DNA of 64,000 nt, taken from Lama guanicoe. Taxonomy: Eukaryota. Under the pieces are notes generated by a model. The model saw nothing but the letters and a program-made list of their open reading frames with translations. It ran no database searches and had not been told where the DNA came from. Shown piece by piece: positions 1-12,547 of the stretch. The DNA lies in the NCBI GenBank assembly GCA_013239625.1, contig MU054220.1, positions 2,479,374 to 2,543,373 on the forward strand. The letters are read 5' to 3'. Positions within the stretch are counted from its first letter, which is position 1. Each line of letters begins with the position of its first letter. Both the position numbers and the translations under genes were made by a program.

Positions 1-152
1 CAGCCCTGTCTCCTTTCTCCTTGTTGGCAAACTGGTGGCCACATCTGCAAGAACATGTAGAGGAAGCTGCTGGCCAGGTTGGTTAACCCTGCTTCTGCGT
101 TTAGCTTGAAGGCGGGGCAGTTGGGGATACCACCTCTGCCTGTGCCTCCCTC

Positions 153-167
153 CACACACACACACAC
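153..167. repeat. (CA)7 microsatellite
   Basis: Direct reading. Confidence 0.8.
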
Positions 168-3100
168 CGGGCACCGGATTTATTAGTGTGGGAGACCAGC
201 TCTGCTTGTGGTGATTACCGTTCTGTGGCCTGTCGCTCCCTTAGCCCTTTCCTATCAGCTAGCACCAAAGGGTTCCCAGGCTACTCCTCATTTTCATGTT
301 CTATAAAAATTTGATTAAAATCCATTCAACTCCATCTAGGACCTCTAGGAAGAGCCCTCCACAGGAGGCATTTGCAGGTGCTGACTTTTTTGCTTGTCTG
401 GCTTTAAAGGTTCCCTGCCCTGTCACTCAGAGAGGGAGGCAAGGCATTTCCTGGGCTCACTGTTTGCCCCCAGCACTGATACAGTGTCTGCCTGGCATGC
501 AGGCAGCACTCAGGAAGTGTGTGGAGTGAATGAGTTGCGCAGAGGCAAGGCCCTGCCCCTGAGCTTGGCTGTGCTGCACTGTTTGGGGAGCCCACGGCTT
601 TGCCTCTGACTTCTGGGAAGGTTGCCTAGACCTTTTTTGTTGTCTAGTGAAGACAATAGGCCAGCTGCAGTAGCCTGGGCCCTGGGCCAGGCAAAAGCAA
701 TGTGAAAAGGGAGGGACAGCACAACCCCTGAGGTCAGGAAGGGCAGCTCCTCTTTTGACTCAAGCTCACTTCCCTCTTCTGAGCTGTGAAACCCCCAGAA
801 TTGGGCACTATGGGAAGTTCCTGATCCCATCCTGGCCTCTGCATCCAGAACGTACTTTAAAACTTGCTAAGGAAATGATCTCACATCAACATTAAATCAG
901 TCCCCCATTTTTCAAAGACAAAAAGAAATGCTTTTGCTCCGGGAAAGAATTAACCCCTATGACCACCACTGCTCTTGGAGCTAATAAGTTGGATCCCTTG
1001 GCTGCTGTTTCCATCAGGCCCCTGTGTTATCCTCTTGAAGAATGTGCTGGCTGCCTGCAGGGCCCTTAGCCTTGGCTTAGAGTTCCCAAAAGAGAGCACA
1101 GATCACAGCTCTCTAGGCTGAAGCTATCTACACCCAGCCCTGAGGAAACCATTCATGTGTACATTTTTAATTCTTCTATTGGATCTTTTTTGAGCACTTA
1201 CTTTATGTCTGGCATTGTATCAGACACCACGAAGCCAAAGGCATTGCAGAGGGAATCAGATTCAGAGATGAAGCCATGTCTGTTCCCTCAAAAAGCAGGT
1301 CCAGAAAGGAAATAGACATTTAAGTGCATCTCCATAGTAGCAGAGTGACATGTGACCAGTTTTCAGGAGCCACCTTAAGTCTGGAACGCCTGTAGACAGC
1401 CTGGGAACCCTTTATTCATTCACACATTCATTTGACAAATAGACACCGAGAGCAAGCCCACACGTTAGACATTGGGCTCAAAGATGTATAAAACTTAGTC
1501 CAAGATGTTCAAGAACTTAGAACCCGGAAGGGAGATGCTGCAGCCACACATAACTCTGACACAAGGAGGTGTGGGTCACTGCAAGGGCTCGGAGAAGGAG
1601 TAGCCACTCCCAGCTGGGGACCACGGAGGACCAGGGGAAGGAGGTGGTACTCGTGTTAAAAAGAAGTGGACTTTAGACATAAGGAAATGGACAAGTGCAC
1701 GGCAAGTAGAGCATCTCCAGTGTGTACAGGAGGGGCAGGTGGGCACACAGCAGCACCGAGTCGGCCTCAGTAAGGTCACTGGGAGCAGGAAGAGGGGATG
1801 GTCAGGGGAATGGCTCAGACCTGACCAGAGGGCCCTTAAATGTCACACTAAGGAGTATTAACTCCTTGGAGGACTTTTGGGGCTGCTGGGTTTGGGACAG
1901 AGTGTGGACTCAGTGGATCAGAGCTTCATTAAAATAGTAATAGCAGCAGCATGAAGGCTGGGTGGAAAGGAGAGAGATGAGAAGCAAGAAGACCGGTTAG
2001 GAAAGACAGCTGCAGTCGTGGTGAGAGGTGGCTCATACTGGAGCCACAGGCACAATGGGAAAGGACAGAGGGGCCCAGACCCAAGTGCCAGCAGCAGGGA
2101 TGGACCTGGCTGTGGCAGTTCCCTTAGGGCCCAAAGGCAGTCCCGTCTGGCCCCTCGAACTGATCTACATGAATAGAGCTTATAGTTCACCAGGCACAGA
2201 GCCCAGCCCAGTGAGCTTCAATGCCAACAGGCCTTGGGCCAGCCCGCTGCACACCCCAGACCTGGCTGGGGAGGCCCTCTGTGCATAGAGTTCTTAGAAA
2301 GCAGTCGGCGTGGCAGTGAGCACAGGGAGGTCCCCGTGGGCCCTCCCCAGGCAGCCCTTTTGGCTCACAGGATAGAAGCTGTGCTGGCATCGAGGCCCTG
2401 GTTGACCTTCCCTCTTACCCCCTCCCCACTGCTGGACGGCTTTTCCCCCCGAGAGCAGTGCTCTGGGAGCCCTTCATGTTCTCTTTCCTTTGGCCCTGGG
2501 AGTTGGTGCTGAGCTAGCTGAGGGGGACACGTGTGAGGGCAGCTGCCTTGAGGACTTGGGGGGTGGAAGGGTAGAATTTACCAGGAATGTGGAGAAAAGC
2601 AAGTGGACATAAACGAAAGCCCAGGTGACGTCCCCACCCAGGGCTGTGGAGAACTGTGTCAGTAAGACCTGGAGGAAGAACTACTAGCACATGCCTGCTG
2701 AGCACTGGGAGGAGGGGGAGATCTAACGGGCTTCAGCGCAGCTCAGCTGCACAACTGCCTGGCTGGAAATCCAGCTCTGACAAGGCGAGCCTAGAGAAGG
2801 CACTGGACAGTGAGGGAGCGAAGAAAGTCTTGCAAAGACAACTGTTGGAAAGACAACAAATACTCAAAAAGAGAAAAAAATTCACCATCAAAGCCCACCA
2901 GACTGCAGAATCCCGAAGTGGCCAACAGGTAGCTACAGGATACAAATCTGGTTCAGTAGAGCAGCCTTGGCAGCCCGGGAGCCACGATCACAGTTGCTCA
3001 CAGGCTTGGACCACTTATCTGCCCAGTGGGGGCTGAGCACAAGCTGGAGGAAGGTTCCTCGAGATGGGGCTCCACTTGCAGAGTCCAGGTTATTCACAGC

Positions 3101-3179
3101 AGCCATCCGACTGAGCGCCTGCTGTGTGCCAGTACTGACGAGCATTATCGCACTCCCTCTGCCCGGCTGCATGCAGGCT

Positions 3180-3290
3180 GGATGTTTTCATCCCTCTTTT
3201 GCAGGTGAGAAAACTGAGGGATGTGGGTGGCAAGGGACTTGTCCAAGGTCATACAGCTAGTGAGTGGCAGAACTGAGCTCTGAACCAAAG
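3180..3290 (-). mobile_element. MIR fragment in the last AMBRA1 intron
   Basis: TTTGCAGGTGAGAAAACTGAGG...ACTTGTCCAAGGTCATACAGCTAGTGAGTGGCAGAACTG. Confidence 0.75.
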
Positions 3291-4093
3291 CCTCATCTGC
3301 TCACACACCAGAGAAAGCTCAGGCCTTTGGGGAAGGAGCAGAACCTTCTCTCTTCCTCCCTAGAGATACAGGCTGGAGACCCAGGCTGGGGCAGTTGGCT
3401 GCCTCCAGGGAAAGATGAGGGTATCAGGCATGCAGCCCCGGGAGAACAGTGTGTGGGAAATAACTTGGGAAAGTTGGTGAGTAAAGCGGAAGTGGAGGAG
3501 ACAGAGTGCCTTTTAGGAAACAGTTAAAAATCCAGTCTTCCTCCTGTGCTTTTAGGAAGTAACATTAACAAAACAACAATGAGAAGAGACAGCACAGCTT
3601 TGAGATGGAGCAGAGCAGACTGTTTGCCTTTGGGCCACACCCCACATGATGCCCTCAGTTTCCAAAGACCAGGCAGCACACCCTATCCCAGGGCCAGATC
3701 TACCAGGTTACCCGAGACAGAGAGAGGCAGACAGTGAGCCGTCTGGGCTCACCTCCTCAGCCGCCTCCGTTCGTTGTATGACCAGCCTGCCACTGATGCC
3801 ACTGGTGCCAAAGGGTTTAAAGCCGGACTCCCAGCTTCTGGTCCAGCCCCACCTCTTAACTGGCTGAGCAGCTTAGGCCTCAGTTTCCCCACCAATAAAA
3901 CAGAAACATGAATTATGATCACTTGGGGAGCCTTATCTAGCTTCCAAGTCTCTGATTCTCAGAATGAGGGATTGGCCCTCTTCTTGTTTCTTCTTTTAGC
4001 CTAGAATCCCCCAGTTCCTACTAGTGGTTGCCGGCCTGACTCCGAGGCCCAGGCCTGCACCTAATTCCCTGTCTTCTGCTTTGTGCCTTCCAG

Positions 4094-4590
4094 GTGAGGG
4101 CTCAGAGTATGGTGCCAGTGGGGAAGACGCTCTTAGCAGGATCCAGCGGCTGATGGCAGAAGGGGGCATGACAGCCGTGGTGCAGCGGGAGCAGAGCACC
4201 ACCATGGCCTCCATGGGGGGCTTCGGCAACAACATCATTGTCAGCCACCGCATTCACCGCAGCTCCCAGACGGGCACCGAGCCTGGTGCTGCGCGGGCCT
4301 CCTCGCCCCAGCCCTCCACCTCTCGGGGACTGCTCTTGGAACCTGGGCAGCTGGCAGAGCGAGGCCTGAGCCCCCGGACAGCCTCCTGGGACCAGCCTGG
4401 TACCCCTGGGCGGGAGCCACCCCAGCCAACCCTGCCCTCTTCCTCCCCTGTCCCTCCTCCTTTACCCCTTCCCAGCACTGAGAGACCAACCCTGCACTGC
4501 GACCTGACCAATAACAACCACCTTCCTGATGGCGGGGGCAGCAGCAGGGGGGAGGCTGCAGGCCCCAGTGGGGAGCCACGGAACAGGTAG
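4094..4590 (+). CDS. AMBRA1: AMBRA1 terminal coding exon (C-terminal disordered tail); upstream exons lie outside the window
   Basis: Pyrimidine tract plus CAG acceptor ending 4093; translation [61 protein letters not shown]...GEPRNR* matches the AMBRA1 C-terminus; TAG 4588-4590. Confidence 0.95.
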
Positions 4591-5629
4591 AGACATATGC
4601 ACTGGTGCCTCCCCTCGAACCGCTGAGCAGAAACCAGACCTCACAGCTGACTGGGAACTGGACACGCGGAAGAGCTGCAGGCTGCGTCAGGGAACAGGAG
4701 CAAGAGGGTGGGGGGTTGAGAGGGAGTCCAAGTCGGCGGGCTTGAGGCAGTTCACTGGGCGAGGCTTGCCTCGAGACTAGAACCTTCCAGGATCTGGAGC
4801 CCAGGGGAGCCACATGCTGCTGTGCTCAGTGTGAATGGAGGAGGAAGTAGGCATCCCTGCCACGAACCCACCTTTCTCCTAGAAGCATGGCTCAAGGGAC
4901 TCAGCCCTGGGCAGAGAGCCCCCAGAAAGGTGAACAGTCTTCCAGATCTGGGCCAAGCCATCCTGGACAGTGGCCAGGGGGCAGCTTCGCCCTGTTCACC
5001 TATTGTGTGGTCAGAGCCACTAGGAGCCCAAAAGCAAGAGGAGCAACCTGGCCCCCAGAAACCACCTTCATCTCTGAGCTCTCTATATCATCTTACCCTA
5101 CAGAGACCACAGTCGGGGTCAGGCCAGGCTCCCCGATTCCTGAGGACAGGGACTTCCTGTACTTACTGGTGGGGAACAACCACGGAGTGAAGGGGGCAAC
5201 CTGCTTGCCTGATACAGGAGGGGGTCAAGGGATGGTGGGCAGGTCCTCACTCAGGAGTGGGGGGTGTAGGCTGGCCAGCCCCCAGGGCTTGTCCACCAAG
5301 CTCCTCCTTCCCCACCACCCCGAAGGCCATTAGAGCAGCACCTGTGGGTGTCAGTATTACCTGAGCCTAGGCCAAAGCCAGCCCAAGGCTGGGGGAGGGG
5401 ATGAGACTCCAGGTCAGAATGTGAGGTCTTGGTCTGTGATTTAAGGTGTTGCATGTGGAATCCTGAACTGTACGTGTAGTTTCTAGTGGAGAAATCAAGG
5501 CTCTGATTATTTTGTTTTTAGTATGAAAATGTGATTTCTTTTCTGTTCGTAACTCATCATAGAAACATTTTGGTGGGAGGAGAGGGGATAGTCTGACTGT
5601 AAATGAGGGAAACACCAAAGATCTACATC

Positions 5630-5635
5630 ATTAAA
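5630..5635 (+). terminator. AMBRA1: Probable AMBRA1 poly(A) signal (ATTAAA), about 1.05 kb after the stop
   Basis: ATTAAA preceded by an AU-rich UTR-like block (5440-5630); cleavage site not verifiable from sequence. Confidence 0.55.
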
Positions 5636-8600
5636 ATGATGACATGCCCCTCACCAGGCTCCTCTGTTTCCATGGGGATGGAAGAGGGGGTGTTGGAGGG
5701 GAGATGGGGGTCACTGAACTGAGCTGACTCGGTTCTCCCAGGTGCTGTTTCTGGTGCTGCTGTCCCAAGTGGGGAGCCCTATGATGGCTCAACAGAAGAT
5801 GTTCAGGTAAGGGCTGCCACTTCTGCCTCATGCTGCGTCTCTGTGCTACCACCTCCTGCTTCCCGGGGACCTGCTAAGGATTGGGGCAACCTTCACAGTA
5901 ACAGGTGGGTAGGTAAGACTGATGGACGGTCACTCGTCTTGATTGCTTCCTACCCAGGACGATGGGCCTGGAGTGAATATGTAACCAGCCAGGAAGCTGG
6001 ATCCCCTCCAGTCCTAAAAAATCACCCATAATGGGTGTCTTGAGTTGGCCGACAGGGAGCTTGGACTTACCTGCAGGCATCCCCCAAAGATGCCATTGGC
6101 TGGCTACTCAGGTAGTGTTCTCAGGACATTGGCCAAGGAGCCTGCTGCTGTCATGGGCCTTGGCCACAGCCCTGGAGACCTCAGCCCCCATCCACAGTGG
6201 GGACTCCCCCAACCACCATACTGGAGTGATTCCAACTCAAAGGACACCCAGAGCCACCATCTGGTACCTGCAGTTTTTCCACCAGACCTACATCCTACCC
6301 AGCACCTCCCTCCCCCCTTTCCTGTTATTCATGACATCAGAACACCAGCTTTCCTCCTTTTTCCTTGAGAGTCAGGAGGGCCAAATCAACAGCCTTTTTT
6401 CTTTTTCTTTTTTTCTTTCTCTCCCTTACCAAGGGTTGAAAGAAGGGAATCCATCCTTATTGTTCAGAGGCACCAACTCCCTCCCCTAATCAGGCTGAGA
6501 AGGAACCAGCCAGCTCTTAACCTCCTCGTGGTTGGTTTTCTTTCCCACCCCAGTTTATTTTTTGTTTCCCTGCTACCCTGTACCTCTGAAGCCATTTAAT
6601 GAAATGTCATGTGCCACCTGAGCTTCCAGTAAAAACATAAACAGGCAAAAGAAAGAAATAAAAGCCAGTTAGAAAATGGGAGAAAGCTATTTGCCCCCCT
6701 CCTTTCACAGAGGTATACAGGAAAATCAGAGCCACCCCAGGGCTGTTTTTTGTTTTATTTTGTTTTTTTTCCACCCCAGGGCCTTTTGCTAGCAGCAAGT
6801 ACTTCTTGAGTAACTTTTGTGTGCTCCACTCTGTCCCAGACACTATGGGGCATGCAAAGTTACAGATTCTGCTCGAACAGAGACAAAACCAAAAAGTGAA
6901 ATGTGCAAGCAAGTAATACAAAACAGTGTGAAGAGTTACATGGTGAGGAACACTAGAATATTTTAGAAAATTATTCCAGCACACTCTGGACTAAGACATC
7001 AGCTAGCTGTGTGACCTGGGGTAAGCCATCTGCCTTCTCTCTTGCTTCACTTTCTCCCATATAGTAGGAGGCAGGGCTTGTACTATGCAATTTCTTAAAG
7101 TTATTTCCAGCTCTGAGAGCACTGGAGTGGTTAGGACAAGGCCTCCTTGAAGAGGTGAGATTTGAGCTACACTTTAAAGGATGGAAGGAGAAGGGCACCC
7201 CACTGCAATTCCTGCCCTCCACCCACTTACTCCTCTCAGTGAGAGGAAGAATTATGTAGTCTTGACAGTGGGGATTATGAATTTGTTGAGTGTAAACAGT
7301 ATGCCAAGGTTTCAATGTTTATTATCTATCAGTCCTTATCACGAAAACCCTCTGAGGTAGGTATTGGTACATCCAGATAACACAACTAACTGGCAGAGCC
7401 AGGGTTTGAACCCAAATGGGACCCTGATGTGTTCTGTTATTTTGGAAAAGGGGATATGAGGATGTCTTGTGGTTGTGATCTAAATTCACTCCTACATGGC
7501 CTCGCCTTTGTCCTTAATGGCCGAGGATGAACCCAGCCCCTACCTGTTGAAGTACCCTGTCACCACATTCCATCCCTACACCAACCCCTTTCCTTAGAAA
7601 GCCCTTGCCTGGTGAGTAGAGCCTCCCCAGTAGAGCCTTCACATGCCCCCTTGCATATCATAAGGAGACTGGGGGCAGCGGGACAGAGCTCAGCAACCCC
7701 AGTTGAAGATGAGGAAATAGGTCAGAGCAGTCCTGTGGACCCAAAATGTCTATGGACCCAGTTGGATCAAAGTTAGTAAAAGGCTAAACCAGGTACCCTG
7801 GTACCCAACTCAGCTGTCCTCAGGTCCACTGTGGATTCTGGAATTGGGGGAGGCCAAAGCCCTTATTACCTCATAGGAATTTTGGAGAAACCAGCAGCTT
7901 TGCCTGACAGCTTCTGGAAGAACTCAAGGCAGTGGCTGGAGACTTCTCTAGTTTCTGTGGCCTCCCATGGCCTGTTTCTCCATCTGTCAGTTATAAGTAT
8001 CTTGCTTCCATCCTGTGAGTGCCTAGTAGCGTGCACGCCCGCACACATTCTTTCACCCTCCTAGGAGCATCTGCCTCTCCTAGACCCTAGGAGTGATATG
8101 GAAAAGGGAAACCGGTGGAGACTGTCATCTAATTGTCATATGAACCGAACGAACCTGTTTCCTCATCTGTGAAGTAGGGGCAAGAACAGTGGGGCTTCTT
8201 TCATCCTTGGTTATTAAGGTCATGGGAGACCAGATCATTCATGTAAAGGACGATGGCTTCTCACTCTAGCCCAGACTGCCAACTCCAGCCCTCGCCCTTG
8301 GGAGCAGTAGGGACCAGGCCTCCGCCTCTGCGTTCAACATGGAGAACTCCACACCAAGAGCCCCACAGGGCTGGCTCTTGCCTGGGTTCCCGCCCCTTCT
8401 CTGGCAGTTCTGCCACCGCCTCCGCTTCCGTACCGCCTCCACCTCCCCAACGCAGACAGCCCCCCGCCCAACCCTTGGGTGAGGGTGGAGGAGGGGCGGA
8501 ACTTGTGTTGTTTTTCCAGAGAAAGTCATCCCTCTTAAGGTAATCGGGTGCTTGCGCTCAGGGAGTTTGGGGTACAGGCCTCGGGGCCAGGGCGTTGGGG

Positions 8601-8700
8601 TGGAGGGTGGCGAGTCAGACTTTAGCCGGCTCCAGAAAAGAGGAAGAGACACTGATGCTTGCGCTGGTGGAGCGGAGCCGCCAAGGTCAGGGCCAGGGAC

Positions 8701-8721
8701 TGAGCTCTCCAAGGTGCTGAA
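8701..8721 (-). promoter_or_regulatory. RE1/NRSE (REST binding site) upstream of CHRM4
   Basis: Reverse complement TTCAGCACCTTGGAGAGCTCA vs consensus TTCAGCACCnnGGACAGCGCC with canonical 2-nt spacer; the M4 receptor gene is an established REST target. Confidence 0.9.
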
Positions 8722-9679
8722 ACCGCCCTCGGTCCCGCGAGCGTCTCAGCGGGTCCTCCCGCTCTGCTCAGGCAAGGCCTCAAGTCCCGAGGCTCCGGCC
8801 CGTGAGGTTCCCGGACATCTCAAGAGACTGGCCGCCCGCCCCCTGGGGTCTCGTTTCGGGCTCCGCCCCAGGTGACCTTGGACACTCGGCTTTTCCTCAC
8901 AGACATCGCTGAACTTGCCCTCCAGGCCGCAGCTGGATGGGCAGCTCGTCCTATCCCGAGTCTGGAGAAAGGGTGCGCACCCCTTCCCCGGCCTGGAGCG
9001 TGGGGGCAGGGAATCGGGCGGCAGCAATGGAGGGTGGGGAGGCGGGCGGGGTTGTGTGCGATGAGCAGGCTCCTCTCTCCCTGGGGACCTTCGCCTGGCT
9101 TCTCTCCAGCTCCTTCCCAGGCCCCGTCGGCGCCCCTCTTCCCAGGCCAACACGCAGCCCCAGGGCTCGAAACTACTGGCCTCCGACTCTGCCCCGACGG
9201 AACTGTGGCGGCAGAGCCGACCCCACCCACCCATAACCTCCTGTTGGGGTCAAACACTCGCGCCTCCGTGGTTCGGCTGCGAGCAGGGCAGTGTAAGGAG
9301 TGAGGTCCAGGCGGGGCGCGAGACCACTCCTGGTCCCGGGTGTTGGTCGGAGCGGAGGCGGGAGCGCAGCCTGACAGGGCTGCCAGCTCCCTTCCCAGCC
9401 CGCTAGGGGGCGCCGTGTCCCCATGACAACGCGGACAGCCCCCCTACCAACCTCCTGTGAAGGCAGCGCCCCCCGCTAAGCAGTACTGGTGACCGTGGGT
9501 AGTGCCCCCCTAGTACTCGAGTACAGAGCTGCCGTCCGGCTCCAGTGAGAGGCGCGCGTAGCTGGGGTCCCCGACGCCCCGGGTGGTGCCCCCCGCGCGT
9601 CTCCGTTGGGTGGCCGGCCCGGGGCGGGCTGCGCGGCCCCACCAGGATTGGCTGCTTCCCCGTGACATCACGCGGCTCG

Positions 9680-9872
9680 GGGAAAAGTGCGAGCGTGAGC
9701 GCGAGTCGGAGCCACAGTGCTGGGAGCTGCGGGCGGAGCAGGGGCCGCCCCTCTGCACCCCGTCCCCGCCCCCGGCCCGCGGCCCGGCCGCCCGCCCCGC
9801 CCGCTGGCCCGCGGGGCCACACGCCCGTCCCGCCGTCTGTCAGGTGCGAGGGGAACGGGGTGGAGGTGTCTG
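9680..9872 (+). other. CHRM4: Probable CHRM4 non-coding exon 1 (5' end approximate)
   Basis: Strong donor CTG|GTAAGT at 9873 (weaker CAG|GTGCGA at 9844); gives a 4.7 kb intron to the acceptor ending 14566, consistent with the known non-coding-exon-plus-coding-exon M4 structure. Confidence 0.6.
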
Positions 9873-11089
9873 GTAAGTGACTCCGCGGCGGCGCGGGGGC
9901 GGGGGGACTCGGTTGAGAGAGGACACGGGGTTCCTGGACCCACCGAGGGTCCCTAAGGGGGACCCGACTGGAACAGGGCCCCAGGGTTCTTTGGGGGCGA
10001 TAGCGGTGCTGGGAGCTGCAGAGAGCCCGAGGGTGAGGGGCCTGCTGGAAGAAAGGCCGGGAGTCGCTCGGAGGCTTCTCCAGGTGCATCACTGGGAAGG
10101 AATGGACATTCAGTAGGTCGGGGGGTGGTGGTAATGTGTGTGCGCGCCCACAGCCACCCCTCCCCCCCCCCAAGGAGACAGGGGCAGCCGTCGGGGGCGG
10201 GACCCCGCACTTAAGCCCTCCGCTGACAGCTCTGCAGGGTGCCGGGAGCTGGAGACCCAAAGAGCCTTTTCCCGCCCGTCTCCCTGCTCCCCCTGCGCTG
10301 CCAGCCCACTCCAGTCCATGGAGTCCTCCATCAGCGACCTTGAACCCCGACGGAAAATACCCCTGCCCTTTCCTGGCACCCCTCCCCCATCCAGGACTCT
10401 CCCTGCTGTTGCCCAGGCTCAGGGACTGGGAAATCCAGCGCCAAGCCCCAAGCCCCAAGCCCCTTGGCGGAAGTGTCAGGCGCAATGTCGCTGCCAAATC
10501 CCCTACGCCTCTTCTCCCTCCCCTGAACCCTTGAGTCTTCCCTCCCACCCCAGGGACAGATCCAGGGACTACCGCCTTCCTGGAGCCCTAGAGTGAACGC
10601 CTAGGAATCAAGGACCCACACCCCCCACTTCAACCCCCCCCCTCCACGGCGTCCAGTGAACACCCTCCCATCGCATCCGGGAGAGGGGGGCTCCTAAACC
10701 CGGGAAAGCATGGTGCCCACGCCCAGAGGCTGCAGGAACTGCGCTCCGTGGTAGGGTGGAGAGGGCGGGGCATGGGAGAGCCAGGACCCCTTAGACCAAC
10801 AACGGAGACATGGAGGAGCCTCCAGATGGGCCCAGCAATAACTCCCAACCCGGCACTCGAGTCCTGTTCAGCCCCAGAGCTTGAGAAACTGGGTGCCCAC
10901 TCTAGCTACTGGGGCAGGGCGGTGCCTCTCCGGCAGGGTTCGGGGTTAGGAGTATGGCATGGGGAAGAATTTTACACACTCCTGACCCAAGTTCCTACTG
11001 GCCCTCACAATTATACGGGTGCTTCCCCCACCCTCTTGCCAGCAGACTGGGTGCCCTTTGGCAGTAACTGCGCAGTACGCACACTGAGC

Positions 11090-11970
11090 TGAACCTAGAG
11101 TTCCGCAAGGCCGGGTTAAGCGGCCCTAGCCGCGGCCCCTCGACAGAAGTAAGTCCCAGTCTGGGACTCCTCACCCCTCAGAGAGGGGTGTTGCCACTCT
11201 CAAGGTTGAGGGGGCAGACACCAAGGGGCGCTCGGCTAAGACGCCCCAAGGTCCAGGGGTCCGTCACAGCCCAGATTGTGGTCTGGCCTTGTCGTCCTGC
11301 CGGCGACCCTTCCTCATGCAGCGGCGGGGCGCGACCCAGACGTCGGTTCTTGCCGACCTTCGGGCTCAGACAGCCGCGGTTTGGGCTGAGCTTCCTGGCA
11401 GTGGCATTTAGAATGTGGCGGGTCACCCACGTGGGCCCTACATTTGCTGGTGTACACAAGCTCACAGATACAGGCACACCCGAACCATGTGCATCCCCCA
11501 GGCCACAGCCCTCCAGGCACACAGGCATGCACATGCACGTGTCCGCTCGGCGCGAGCATGCTCACACGCACACGGGCGCGCTGGTATCCAGGCGTGGCCG
11601 AGCGCACACACACGCACATGCAGACAGCTACTAGCGTCTACTCGCGCTCCCCAGTAATCACACACAAACAGCACTCGCACTCGCCTTCCCGCCCACACGT
11701 TCCTCGCCGCGTGCAGGCTGGAACTTGCGCCCTTAACTTTCCCACCATTGAACCCCGCGCGGAGCCAAAGGCAGCTCCAGGGCGGGCCCTGGCGAGGGAG
11801 CCCCACCTCCCTCCCCTTGGAGGTCCCGCCTGGGACCTCCTCTGCTTTCGCAGTCGCATTGGAGTTGGGGGCGAGGGCAAATAGCCGACTGCTCCAGGTC
11901 CGGAGCTGGAACCCAGGGACCGACATTGCCATCTAGCGGTGCGCACAGCCCCGAAGGCGGCTGCTCGCCT
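11090..11970. promoter_or_regulatory. Secondary CpG-rich island in the CHRM4 intron
   Basis: CpG-dense block with purine-pyrimidine alternating tracts and a CTCF-like motif at 11925-11943. Confidence 0.55.
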
Positions 11971-12329
11971 TCCTAGGATCCCAGAGAAACGTGCCAGAAG
12001 GGGCTGCTGTCCGAATGTCTGCGGGTGACCCCCAGGGGTCCAAAAGACTGCTGGGGTGGGAAGTGCTTCGTCCTGTTTGCAGCTGGCAGCTTCCCCAAAC
12101 AGGCCCAGAGCAGGACTAAGCCACTGACTACTTGATTGTAGACATACGCTGTGGATGGAGACAAGAGGTCTCATGTCTTCTGGGAAAACTAAGTTGAGGA
12201 GCCTGCAGGGAATGGGAAGGGATCCTATCGAGGCCTCCCCTAACCCACAGCTAGTGGTGTGGTTTTGAGGTGGGGAGAGTAGAGGCAGGAAATCAACTCT
12301 GGAGACATTAGCACCTTGGGGTTAAGAAG

Positions 12330-12547
12330 GTGGCTCCTGGGTTCTAATCCTGCCCTCGCCCCTACTTATACACTGGGTGAGTTTAGGCAAGTTAATTAAC
12401 ATTATCCTCATCTGTAAAAGATCCTTAACCTCAGTAAGATGAGGATACTTATAGTACCTGCCTTTTCAGGCTGCTGTAAAGATTAAACCCAATAATCTAT
12501 ATAAAAAGCTCAGAGGGATTCCTGACTCATCGTTAACACTCAATAAA
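12330..12547 (+). mobile_element. MIR SINE
   Basis: CCTGGGTTCTAATCCTG...GGCAAGTTA...CCTCATCTGTAAAA...CACTCAATAAA. Confidence 0.75.

Larger units (their letters stand above)
8700..10250. promoter_or_regulatory. CHRM4: CpG island / TATA-less CHRM4 promoter
   Basis: Very high CpG density; GC box at about 9621, reverse CCAAT 9647-9651, CRE-like CGTGACATCACG 9661-9672. Confidence 0.8.

Noticed and set aside
2656..3036. ORF with a helical-looking basic segment (KKVLQRQLLERQQILKKRKK)
   Set aside because: GTG start, no convincing splice signals, and the A-rich core looks like a decayed L1 3' fragment in the AMBRA1 intron
4024..4093. N-terminal part of the AMBRA1 ORF in the ORF track
   Set aside because: Intronic polypyrimidine tract upstream of the acceptor
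9513..9524. 12-bp palindrome GTACTCGAGTAC in the CHRM4 promoter
   Set aside because: Palindromes of this length are expected by chance in 64 kb; no known motif
9403..10548. 381-aa minus-strand ORF over the CHRM4 promoter
   Set aside because: G/R/P-rich with no recognisable domain; expected from stop-codon scarcity in a CpG island
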